A stretch of DNA of 64,000 nt from Podarcis melisellensis (Eukaryota). The position numbers and the translations under genes are program-made. Below the pieces are notes generated by a model. It saw only the letters and a program-made list of their open reading frames with translations, had not been told where the DNA came from and ran no database searches. The stretch lies in the NCBI GenBank assembly GCA_964234715.1, contig OZ174275.1. One strand, 5' to 3'. Numbering within the stretch: position 1 is the stretch's first letter; the number at the start of each line of letters is the position of its first letter. Shown one piece after another: positions 13,056 to 24,955 of this stretch.

Positions 13056-16000
13056 TAAATATGCACTCCAAGAGCACAAGTTCCCTTGTTTAAAAGAGGG
13101 GAGGCAGATGGACCCTCCTGTTTTAGTAATAATGCCCTTGTTATTGTTAGATCTACAAAAATAATCACAGCAGATGCTCTTAAAATGCACTGGTTTTCTT
13201 TCTTTTTGCAATTCAGGTGTGGAATTTAATTCTTTCTCCCTTATTACAATCTCTTCCTCCTCCCTGAAATATAAAATGGGATCTGCGACTGAAAGTTGCT
13301 GAGATTTTATTTTATTTTTCTTTGATTGACCAAGCTCAGACCATTGTTCTGCTGTGGAATGGATGCCATCCTCCCAGTTACTAGAATAGAAACATTTATC
13401 TGCAAGGAGGAAACCATTTGCTCTCTCCATTCCCAGATTGCAGGAAAGTATCATCATTGGAAGAAACGATGCCCTTCTGTGTTAAAGGTGTGGCAATATG
13501 TAGACTTAATATGTGCTTATCATTGAATGAACTGGTTTGCTAATGAGCTCCTTGTGTTTTTTACATGTCGTCAAATCAAACAAGCAGCAGCTCCATCTAG
13601 CACAGTGAAATTGTTCTACTGTGAACAACAATATCCAATAATAACCTCTATTTCAGGGCATGTCTTTTATTTTAAGGCGTCAGCAATTGGAGAACATCAG
13701 CAGAGCACACTGTTATTTGTTTTGCATTCTTACATTATGTTATCTTTCCTCCCCCCTCCAACTGTGGAGGAAAAGTTGCCCACTAATAGGGATGCTCTTC
13801 CAGTGAGTAAGCCCTTCAGAGCAGGGATGGTGTTATTATGCATGTTGACTAGAAACATGTGACTTTGCCAGTGTATACTCACAAAATTGTGTTTGAGGGA
13901 TCTCAATTAAGCAGTATATAAATGTTATGGGACAAATAAAAAATATTATTAGACCTTTTAGTTGCTTGTTATCCAAAGGTCTCCAAGTGACTTACTTAAC
14001 AACAGTTAAAAAACATAAATACATTGGATCATTAAAATAATTCATACAAAACACCTATCATTCATTAATGTGGGTGATATATATGTACACACACACACAC
14101 ACTATATATATATATATATATATGTATAAGCACAATTCACGGGTGTGTGAGAGATATGGAGGGACAGAGTGTTTCAGCAGGAGGCTGAGACTCCAAGTTC
14201 CATGGTGTATCTTAAAATAAATGCATGTTGTTTTGCTGATTTCCCTTTTTATACCTCACAATAACCATAGCAATGTTATCATCACAAGACGAGCAATTAC
14301 CTCCTCCTCAGCCCTCTTCTTTATTTTTTGCTATTCTTTCCCCCCCCCCCACCCCCAAAAATGGATTTGTGCCTTTGGCATGCAGCCTTCTATCTAGAGC
14401 CTTTGAATTTTTGTGTGTGTAATGAAAAAAGAGAGTGTGTAGAAGTAGCGAGTGTAAAGAGATCTCTAGGGTGATGGGGGTTGGCGAGGAGGGCGGATTA
14501 TCACTTGCCATCACTGGATCAGGAGGTGGCAGCAACTCATCTCTGTCCCCCAGATTGCCCTTCTTACTTTTGCGCCGCTTTATCTGACCAATGATTCTCT
14601 TATTTATTCTTTCTGGTGATACATTAATTATGACCAAAAAAATGTGTTGAAAGAGAGATGTTCACATTAAGGCATCTGTATGCCAACTGATCAAACATAA
14701 GGCTCACAATTCTAGCATAGCTCATTTTTTAAGCTGAAATGTGATGGAGAGATTTTTCCCTTTTACAGAGCATAGAGGAGCCCCAGGCCATAAGCACTAA
14801 TGAACTGACCGAATATCCAGAAGTAGGTCATCACGGTTAATATCCAGGGATGCTTTGTTAGAGTGATTTTATTCTCTCTCTCCCTCTCCCTCTCCCCCCG
14901 CCCCACCACCGCTTTTTGGCTCTTGTTCTATAACACACACACACACACACACACAGCCTGTAAATCTGGCTTCATTCCACTGACTTTGAAAGAGTTTCTC
15001 CCCTTTTACCCTGACGTCTTTGAGATTAGAATGTGCTGTACATTCTGGGTTAGGCTTGCACCATAAAAGCACAGAGGCGAACTGCAGGGTACCAATGGCC
15101 CCTTTGCTGCACCTTATCCATCAAAGCTGCTTGTCCCCGGCCCTGCCACATGCCACACTGCATCAGCTCCTGCTTGACAAGAGAGGCTTCCAGTGCTGCC
15201 TGCGAAACCCTATCAAGGGATTTGGGCCCAGCAGGAGCCCTGCGTGCTGCGCTTGATGGGAACAGGGGAAAGCTGAAGAGAACCTTCCCCAGGCCAGCGC
15301 TGCTAGAGAAGAGGATAAATTAAGAGTGCTGCTGCTGTTGAGCCTTTTCAACCCCTAGATGCAGCCAAATGTGATCTGTGTGAGTTTGCTTCTGCTTCCA
15401 GCCCTCAGAGCCAGTCAGGGATGGATGGCAGGGAAGAGGGATTCTGCCAGCCATCCCTGATCAAGATGGCAAACATAAAGGAAATTCCAAAGGCACCATC
15501 TTTTTATTTTTTAATGATTTCTGGGAAGATGTTGGGTTCTGTTCAGAGCTTGCCAACTGACTTTAAAGCGGCGCTGACTTGATACTACAGTAAACCAGGC
15601 TTTAAGCTTCTGTAGCATAACCCTCCATGGAATTTTTGGGGAAATGAGATGCTCACAAAACTAGAAAGGGGTTGTTGTCTTTAACGGCAACATCAGTTAT
15701 CTTCGTATTCTCAAAATAAGGGCAAGCGGGCAATAGCCCTAGGACGGCACATGATGTGATTAATGGGATGCAAACTGGATATCAAGCAGTAAAGGAACTT
15801 CACCTGTTGTTGACCAAACCCCTCAAATATTTGTGAAGTAAAACTTCTTTATTGGCAGTGTTATATAAGTAATGTCATAAATAATCAGCTTCTTTGAGGC
15901 TCTTTATCCGCAAATGGTTTCACAGAGTTACATAGGAATACGCCTCAGAAGTTTGGGGTGGTGGTGGGAGAGGGCATTCTCTGTGGCAGCCCCTAAGCTG

Positions 16001-17132
16001 TGGAAATCCCTCTCAACAGCTGTGTATCTTCTGCACTACACAACTTTCAGTGAATGCTGAGGATGTACCACTTTATCCTGACCTTTCACACCCACAATGT
16101 GTGTTTTCAAGACCACCTTATTCCTGTGTCTGTAATTGTTTTTCATTTAAAACGTGCTGGTGAAGTGTGGGTAATATTTATTTTTATTTATTTATTCAAT
16201 TTATACACCGCCCTATACTTGGAGGTCTCAGGGCGGTTCATTAATAATAATGATGATGATGATGATGCCCCCTCCCCAGGCCGTAGCCCTGACTGGCCCA
16301 ACTTTGTATCCTCATGTGAGTTTACCTAGCTGACATATGTCCTTAAGCTGTGATAATGTCTCTCGCTTACCTTGATTGAAGGATGGAGATCTGTGTACGT
16401 GTACATCACAGTCTCCAACTGCCCCCAAAATCCCGGGACTGTCACAAAAACCCAGCTTTTCCCTTTGTCACACAGAGTGCCAAATTCCCAAGGAACCTTA
16501 CCTTTAGGTACAACATGTCAGTACGTTACCAGAAGATTGGATCCAATCATCCCTCTAACACATTTCTTTGATCTATGCCTCCCACTCCCTTCCCTCTGCC
16601 CATTCAATATGGCGCCACTTCCTGTTTTTATGAAAACAAGATCTGGGGTCACTAAGAAAGCCTTTCACCCTTTCTCCACTCCTCAGTCAGTCGGCCACCC
16701 ATAAAGAAAGGGGTGGGTGGGGAGCGAAGGGGGTCGGGTTTGTCATGGCTGCAAGGAGCGCCGAGGGGTCGTGGGCACTGAAAAGTGGCCATTGCAGCCA
16801 TTTGGCTCTGACTTGCTCTAATTGGCCACTACATCTGCATCCTTGCCCCAACCTCGGAGGAGGAGGTGTGGCAGGCGGTAGAAGCTGAAAGATGCCAGAC
16901 CCTCCTATTTTCCTGGATTTACAGAAGCCGTCCCGGTTTCTGATTTGATCCTGGAATGTCCCACTTTTCTTTGGGACATCCCTATTTTCACTGGAGAAAT
17001 GTTGCAGGGTGTGGAGTTATGTGGCCCCCGAGCCAAGTAGATAAGTAACTATACAACCTTTAGAAGCCATCTGAAGGCAGCCCTATATAGGGAAGCTTTT
17101 TAATGTTTAATGTTTTATTATGTTTTTATATA

Positions 17133-17679
17133 TCCTGCTTTGACTACTGCAATGCACTCTATGTGGGGCTACCTTTGAAGGTGACCCGGAAACTACAACT
17201 AATCCAGAATGCGGCAGCTAGACTGGTGACTGGGGGCGGCCGCCGAGACCACATAACACTGGTCTTGAAAGACCTACATTGGCTCCCAGTACGTTTCCAA
17301 GCACAATTCAAAGTGTTGGTGCTGACCTTTAAAGCCCTAAACAGCCTCCGCCCTGTATACCTGAAGGAGTGTCTCCACACCCATTGTTCTGCCCAGACGC
17401 TGAGGTCCAGCTCCGAGGATCTTCTGGCGGTTCCCTCATTGTGAGAAGTAAAGCTACAGGGCACTAGGCAGAGGGCCTTCTTGGTGGTGGCGCCCGCCCT
17501 GTGGAACACCCTCCCATCAGATGTCAAAGAGATAAACAACTACCTAACATTTAGAAGACATCTGAAGGCAGCCCTGTTCAGGGAAGTTTTTAATGTGTGA
17601 TATTTTAATGTATTTTAATCTTTGTTGGAAGCCGCCCAGAGTGGCTGGGGAAACCAAGCCAAATGGCAGGGCACAAATA

Positions 17680-17729
<50 letters not shown>
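17133..17729 (+). mobile_element. L2 LINE 3' fragment with (TTA)n tail
   Basis: ORF with DYCNALYVGLPLK...LQLIQNAAARLVTG...HITLVLKDLHWLPV; tail 17679-17729. Confidence 0.9.
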
Positions 17730-17733
<4 letters not shown>

Positions 17734-17776
17734 CCCATCTGACTGGGTTGCCCCAGCCACTCTGGGCAGCTTCCAA

Positions 17777-17816
<40 letters not shown>

Positions 17817-18074
17817 TGCCCCTATTTTCATCGGAGAAATGTTGGAGGGTGTGGGATGGCCAAATCCCCTGGACTGCTGGGTACCAAGGTGTTGACCCTG
17901 CAGGAGAAAGTGGTTGTGCTGGGCGTGGGAGACCAAGCTGCACCTAAAAGCCCAGGCAAACGTCCCTGTTTTCATCTGAGGAATATTGGAGGATATGGTA
18001 TATATCTAAATAGAAACCTTTGACTTTTGCCTGACTGGAATGCACCCTACTGTACAGAGGTAAGAGCCTCACCC

Positions 18075-19124
18075 AGGCGAGGGAGAAAGTTGTTGTTGTT
18101 GAACCTCAAGTAATACAAGTGGAGAGAGTCCCAGCCTTACAGAGGCAATTTGATGAATATAAGTTCTTGCCTTCTATGACTGAATTCAGAGAAAGTCAGA
18201 TTTTGAGGATTGGAGCCCTGCTTGGACTGGAGAAGGAAAGTTGGATAGATCTCCTCATGCAGGGATGTACTGACCTTTGGGACCTGGACTTGGGTCAGGA
18301 GGAGATTGGAGTTGTGGGGACCTTCCGTTTTGGAGGGATTTTGAAACACGTCCTGAAATATTTTTGGGACTCTAGTTTTAACTACGGAGATTTGGCTGAC
18401 CTGTCGAGAAGGAATAAAAACATTGCTAGGTTGGAGCTTCCCTGAGATCTACTCCTTGGCATCAAAGGAAGGAAATTAAGAACAAGATCAGCAGAAGACA
18501 ATGTAAAGTGCATGTATAAACATGAAGAAGATCTGCAGAAGGGACTTGGGAAAGAGTTAAGAGCCTCGGACAGAAGATCACCAGGTTGATGGACTATATG
18601 CAATTGACGCAAATGACTGGCAGAATCCGAGACCAGGGAGAAGAGATGGTGGAAGAAGATTGGAAAAAGTTTAAAGACTATCTATGGAAATAATGTAAAA
18701 TTAATGAGTGTTAGAAAAATGTTGGAATGAAATTATATGGCTTTAGTAGAAATGTTATAAGGAATTAAGTATAAATAAGTATTATAGTATTAATGGAAAA
18801 TAAGGTTAAAATATGTTATGATAAATATATGACAGAAAATAGAGAAAGATGGAAAGGACTTGCTGAAATAATTAATAGAAAGGGAATACAAAAAGGGAGG
18901 TGAGAGGAGGTCGATGAAACAAGGGAATGAAAGAGAGGGTATTGAAATGGTATGATGTGTGTTTTTGAATTGTTTTTGCTCTGTTGTGTTTTGTTTAATG
19001 TGTTAATGTTGTGTTGTGTATTGTTTATATATTGTACTGTATTGTTTTTTCTTTCTTTTTCTTTTTTCTTTTTTCTCTTCTTTGTAAGGTTTAAAAGTAA
19101 TAAATATTATTTTTTTTAAAAAAA
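18075..19124 (+). mobile_element. Non-autonomous L1 derivative (ORF1-like segment + ORF2 C-terminus + 3'UTR)
   Basis: Perfect 19-bp TSD agaggtaagagcctcaccc (18056-18074 / 19125-19143). AATAAA and poly(A). 18577-18693 encodes ITRLMDYMQLTQMTGRIRDQGEEMVEEDWKKFKDYLWK*. Confidence 0.8.
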
Positions 19125-20125
19125 AGAGGTAAGAGCCTCACCCTTTGCTCCACCCACTTTAGCCTCTGGCCCCGCCCACCACTGACACGTGGCACCAGAT
19201 TGGTTGCCTATGAAGGAGTGCAGTTCTTGGGCTAAGAAAGCTTCCCTAGTGCTGCTCTACAGGTTCACAAATGTTAAAAGAGACAGGTGTGGCGCATGGG
19301 CAGGTATGGCCACCTGTCAGGGATGCTTTAGTTGAGATTCCTGCATTGCAGGGGGTTGGACTAGATGACCCTTGGGGTCCCTTCCAGCTCTACAATTCTA
19401 TGATTACGGGCTTTTGACCTTTCAGTTCCTGTTGTAACCAAAACACAGTCTTTTGAAAGTGTTTTGATTGGAAAAACAACAACTGCAATGAACGGTGGTT
19501 CTTGATTAATTGGTTATAATCCGTGACTGGTGTTGATGCTTGTTGCTGTAGCTTCTCCCTCCTTGCTGTCCGGCATCCTCTAATACCGCAAAACAAGCTG
19601 TGAAAATTAAAGCTCTGAGGGTTACAGAAGGTTGAGTGATGGATGGGCTGGGGAGCTGGGAGGCAGGGACATGGAGAGACCTCAATTACAGACTGGATGC
19701 ATTGCACAGAAAAGTGTGGATTACTGTGAACAGCTGGTGCAGATTCAATAATCAACTGCTCAGAGAGAAAAGCCTATTTCCCCCCCTCATCCCATAGCAT
19801 TAGAACACAGGATACCAGAGCTGCCAAATTTACAATTGAAATCTGCCCACGCAGAATTGCAAAGTCCCCTTGACTCTCATTTAAATGCTCCTGGCTCATT
19901 ATAAATCTGCAGCTTTTGATGCATGCTGTGTAGTTTTACTCCACATCGCCTCTCCCAAAGCACCCTGAAGTGTTCAGCAGGCTTCAGTCTTTGGTTGTGA
20001 ACACACCATACGGTTAAAGCACGCTGAAGGCACACCCTCCTACCCCCCCAAAAAAAATGAATTACGGGAACTGCATTTTGTTAAGGGTTCTGGGAGCTGT
20101 AAGGGGCAAACTACATTTCCTAGTA

Positions 20126-20351
20126 CAGTGGTACCTCGGGTTAAGTACTTAATTCATTCCGGAGGTCTGCTCTTAACCTGAAACTGTTCTTAACCTGAAG
20201 CACCACTTTAGCTAATGGGGCCTCTCACTGTCGCCGCGCCACTGCCACACTATTTCTGTTCTCATGCTGAAGCAAAGTTCTTAACCCAAGGTACTATTTC
20301 TGGGTTAGCAGAGTCTGTAACCTGAAGCGTCTGTAACCCAAGGTACCACTG
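20126..20351. mobile_element. Tc1/mariner (Tigger-like) MITE
   Basis: TIR CAGTGGTACCT(C/T)GGGTTA, TA on both flanks. Confidence 0.85.
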
Positions 20352-21124
20352 TATAGCCTTTGTTGTAGTAACATGGGAATGCAGGCAGAGGAAGGCTTTG
20401 CAGTGCAAGCCTGTAAATGTCTACTCAGAAGTAAGAAGCTCAGTGTCGTTTACTCTGGGTGAGTGAGAATAGGAATTCCAGTCTCCAAATGGAGAGCATG
20501 CTTATCTGTGTTACGTCTGGTGATATAATCATTGGTTCTAAGTAGTCATTTTTTTTACCTTGAGTATCCATTTGGCACATTCACTTTTCTGACTATCAAG
20601 CTGCCTGTTACTGAACAAAAAAAGCTACTTCCCTGGGTGGGATTAGGCAGCACAATTTTTTTCTATATCTTTGCCCCGCCCCACCCCCTGGCAGAAGAGA
20701 TTCTTCTGCCTGCATTGGAATAGCGTTTAGTGCCCAACCCCAGTCAAGGAGGACATAGGCTAGGCAAGTTGTTTTGGCCCCTCATGCAGAAAATCCCTGG
20801 GCATTAAAAAGAAAAAATGCAGTAATAATAAACCAAGTAACAGGTTGTTGACCCCAAACCAGCTGCTGGAATCTGCCTAATGGCAGAGTCTGCACTGCCT
20901 GAACACTTGACTCTACTGACTCAACAATAGTCCACTGTACCCAAGAAGGACATAGAAGAAAAACTTGTCATCGGATATGCTATCAACAGTTATCACTCAA
21001 TCCTCACACAGAGATTTAGGTTCTGGGGATCCTGGGGGAGGAGCTTCATCTCCAAGAAGGGATAATTTGAGCTGTTTAATAAGGCAGCCTTCACCAGCCA
21101 GGGGCCCACCAGATGTGTGGGACT

Positions 21125-21640
21125 CATAGCTGTAAACTTGCAGATTTGGAAATAAGGGACCAGCAACCTTGAAAATAAGGGATCAGCAGCCAAAATAAGG
21201 GATTTTCCGGGCACAGGTATGTTCGACTTCTGAGCTCCTCTGAGCCAAAGGCAGAAAGCCCAGCCAGCAGCCAAACGAAGCCTCAAGCAGTGGTTCCCAC
21301 AGCGCAGCAACCCAGCAAAGAGGATGCAGCAAGGAAAACCACCGACACCTCTCCGCTGGGAAGTGCTGAGCAAAGGCGAGTCCCCAGGCAACACGGCCAA
21401 TTTGATAGGCACAAGGCATGCAAACTCAGTCGTTCTTAGACACCTTATTGGGTGAGCAACGCAGCCAAGCAACACAGTTGGAGCCTCCCTCCTCCCTGGC
21501 CGGCAGGGAGGGAGGGAGGGAGAGGAGCTTTTCTTTGAAACCCGGGAAATTTAAGGGACATCATCAATAAGGGACAGCAGCGGGACACAGCACTGGGATA
21601 AGGGACTTTCCCACCAAATAAGGGACGGTTGACAGCTATG
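21125..21640. mobile_element. hAT non-autonomous element (516 bp)
   Basis: TIR CATAGCTGT(A/C)AAC; perfect 8-bp TSD GTGGGACT; subterminal ATAAGGGA repeats at both ends. Confidence 0.88.
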
Positions 21641-21742
21641 GTGGGACTACAACACCCATCAGCCACAGCAACTCCTTTGATTGATTGTTAGGGGGGAGGG
21701 GAGTGAGGGGCTAGCTGAGGGCAGGTGTACATTGATGGGGCA

Positions 21743-21835
21743 CATGGGCGTAGCCAAGGGGGAGTAAAATCAGTAAAAATAGATAGCAAACCGAGGTTCT
21801 GCCCCCATAACAAAAGGCCTGGCTATACACCCATG
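21743..21835. mobile_element. Small hAT-like MITE
   Basis: Imperfect TIR catgggcgtagcca / tggctatacacccatg; degenerate 8-bp TSD. Confidence 0.5.
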
Positions 21836-22116
21836 GTAGAGCAGTGCCCTATTTGCCCTGATGGACCAGCCTCCACTGAGCAGCACCCTAGAAACTGTTG
21901 GAGAAAAGGCTCTTTCCTATAATCAATCAGTGTGGTGTAATGGTTAGAGTGTTGGAGCTGGGAGAGCAGGGTTCAAATCCCAACTCTGCCATGAAACTCA
22001 CTGGGTGACCTTGAGCCAGCCCACCATCTCTTAGCCTAACCTACCTCTCAGGGTTGTTTGTGAGGATGAGAACCATGTTCACCAACTTGAAATCCTTGGA
22101 AGATAAAGGTAGTATA

Positions 22117-22636
22117 AAGGTAAAGGTAAAGGGACCCCTGACCATTAGGTCCAGTCGTGGCCAACTCTGGGGTTGCGGCGCTCATCTCACTTTATTGGCC
22201 GAGGGAGCCAGTGTACAGCTTCCGGGTCATGTGGCCAGCATGACTAAGCTGCTTCTGGTGAACCAGAGCATGGAAACACCATTTACCTTCCCGCCGGAGC
22301 GGTACCTATTTATCTACTTGCACATTGACGTCCTTTCGAACTGCTAGGTTGGCAGGAGCAGGCAGTGGCGTAGCGTGGGGGGTGCAGGGGGGCCGGCCAC
22401 ACCGGGCGCAACATCTGGGGGTTAGGGGGCGCAAATCCACAGGTTAGGGGGCACAAATCCACGGGTTGGGGGGCGCAAATTACTTGCCTTGTCCCGGGTG
22501 CTGACAACCCACGCTACGCCACTGGGAGCAGGGACTGAGCAACAGGAGCTCACCCCGTCGCGGGGATTCGAACCGCCGACCTACTGATCGGCAAGTCCTA
22601 GGCTCTGTGGTTTAACCACAGCACCACCCACATCCC
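22117..22636 (-). mobile_element. Sauria SINE containing a MITE
   Basis: TSD aaaggt(a/g)gtata on both sides; (ACCTTT)n tail. Confidence 0.9.
22363..22524. mobile_element. hAT-type MITE (162 bp)
   Basis: 17-bp TIR; perfect 8-bp TSD GGAGCAGG. Confidence 0.9.
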
Positions 22637-24835
22637 AAAGGTGGTATAGAAATGTAATAAATCATCACCACCACCACCACCACCACAGAAGCTTCTTAGT
22701 ACTGAAGAAATTTTGTAAAATATATTGGTGGGTAAATAGAAGAAATGAATGGGATTTCAGTTGACAGTTTTGAGAGGCAGAATTCAGAGAACTGAAAAGG
22801 GAGAAACACGGAGGTGTCACAAATAAATGCTAGCAAAACCAGGAACCATTCGGATGAAACAATGCAGAAAGGTGTGTGCTTGTGTGTGTCAGAAATCTGT
22901 CCTATGGTTGGCTTTGTGCTGCTTCTGATTTAGATTTTTTAACACAAGTTCTCAAGCTAACGTAGATGCCCCACCACCACCTACCTTGACATCCTTGAAT
23001 ACTGTGTTCCTGCAAGATACAGGGGAAGTATGTACGGTGGTAATTCAAAAATAAATTGAATTCTGCCCGGGAAGAATTGTCTTTTCCATGCCCCTTGTAG
23101 CTAGGAAGGAAAGAAACAACTGTGGAGAATTGTTACATAAATACATGGTGTATTGGACCCATTTTTAGCACTTGTGGGGGTGTGAGGTATGGCTCTGAGC
23201 TGCATATCTGTTTGAGGAGAATTCTGCATGAACTGAGAGGAAAAAAGACAGTGTTTCTGAGGCAAATCAGCACAGGGTTGAAATGAAGGCATGTCTTAAT
23301 CCACAGACAGAAAACAAGTCCTCCTCTGTTGGCCCTTGCATTGTTACAACGGTTCAGCTACAGAGTGTAACTGAAACCCAGGAAAATGTTTCTGTTCAAG
23401 GACTTTGGAGAGGAATGGTTTCTCTGCCCCACAACCACTGCATCCCAGTTTCCACCAGTTCCATTGGCATCATCAGCACAGGGAGCACGAGAGAAAGACT
23501 CAAATCCATATTTAAATCTTGAAGACGATTTGCACCTGGGGATGGATTCATTTTGGCTGGGATTTCCAAATGGGGTTGGTGTGCAGAAAAGGCCGCTTCA
23601 CTGCCACTGAGGTGGGTGCCTCATGACTGCTGTGGTGAAGTGAACTGTGGGCAAGCAAGGACTTTGTATCTTGTCAAAGGAAGTATGCTGAGACCAAACA
23701 GGCTCGTTGTTTGGGAGAAACCAGTCGTTTATTTATTTATTTATTCATTCATTTATTAAATTTATAGCCCATCCTCCCTCCCAAAGGAGTCCAGGACCTT
23801 TTCCTGGTGTGGAGATGGAGACACCTTTCCCAGCTGAATTTTTGGCCTTTATGCGGGTGTTTAAGATGCAAAGAGTTCTGTCGGAAAAGAAGTTTGCAAT
23901 TTAAAGAAGGACCTTTAAGAACCTCCCTGTCATTGTATTGACCTCTTCCTAGTCCCTCATCCCACTCTGAGCTCACTGCACTTTGGTTCACCTTGTCTGT
24001 CATCTGCTGTGCTCCATATCATGCCTAATTCTGTGTGATGTGATTTCGTACTTGCTGGGGCATCTACTGATAGCCCCAGGAAACACAGCAGCATTCTAAA
24101 ATTGTCATCAAAATTGCCAAGTTCACATGATTTATCAAAGCATTATCATTATCTGATCTCTCTCTCCCCTTCCCTTTCTGGTCCCTGTTGCCTTTTAAAA
24201 TCCTCTGCCTTCAGGAATTAACCTAACTTTTCTTGAAGGCCAGAATTTTTATTTATTTTTTATTTTTGAGGGAGAAGGGGAATCAAATATGCTGTGCAAG
24301 TTTCTTCTATGGAAGTTTCTTCTTTTGGCATACAAGAGGTATTCTTTCTTTTGTCTCTGAAAAAGATTGAATGGACAAAACTGGATCCTAATATAAGCCT
24401 TTTCATGAATTTGGAGCTTTTCTGGAAGTTAACTTTGTCATGCATAAGCAGCCCACAATAAACTGCCATGTGGAAGCACCTTGGTTTTCTAGATCCATTT
24501 CAATCAGTATTTAGGCCTGGTTTTGGCACCAAAATTACCTCAGTCCATGGTCACCACCCTATGGATAACATTCACTGGGAGAAAAACAGAGGGAGTGCAA
24601 CCCAACCCTGTTGAGTCCCCTTGACTTTTGATAGCATTGGCCATGGTATCCTTCTGGAGAAACTATCTGAACTGGGTGTTGGTGCCTCTGCTTATTAGTA
24701 TTTCTGCTCATATCTAGATAGCCATTTTCAGAAGCTGTTAGTGTTGGATTTCTGTTTAACCTCATGGAATTTATGCACTGGGGTCCTACAGGGTTTAATC
24801 CTACCCCCCCTTCCAACCAGCTAGTCATCTTCATC

Positions 24836-24955
24836 AGTGTTTCCCCAACTTGGGTCTCCAGCTGTTTTTGGACTACAGTTCCCATCATCCCTGACCACTG
24901 GTCCTGCTAGTTAGGGATGATGGGAGTTGTAGTCCAACAACAGCTGAAAACCCTG
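24836..24955. mobile_element. Palindromic hAT-Charlie/URR1-like MITE
   Basis: ggactacagttcccatcatccct...agggatgatgggagttgtagtcc fold-back; same family as 57110-57245. Confidence 0.7.

Larger units (their letters stand above)
21946..22662 (+). mobile_element. Older tRNA/CORE-like SINE (Squam3-type) interrupted by a Sauria SINE
   Basis: A/B boxes gtggtgtaatggttagag...gggttcaaatccc; continues after the Sauria SINE; related copy at 54624-54832. Confidence 0.7.

Noticed and set aside
17605-18023. Poly-L/I/N/Y ORFs
   Set aside because: Translations of (TTA)n/(AAT)n LINE tails.
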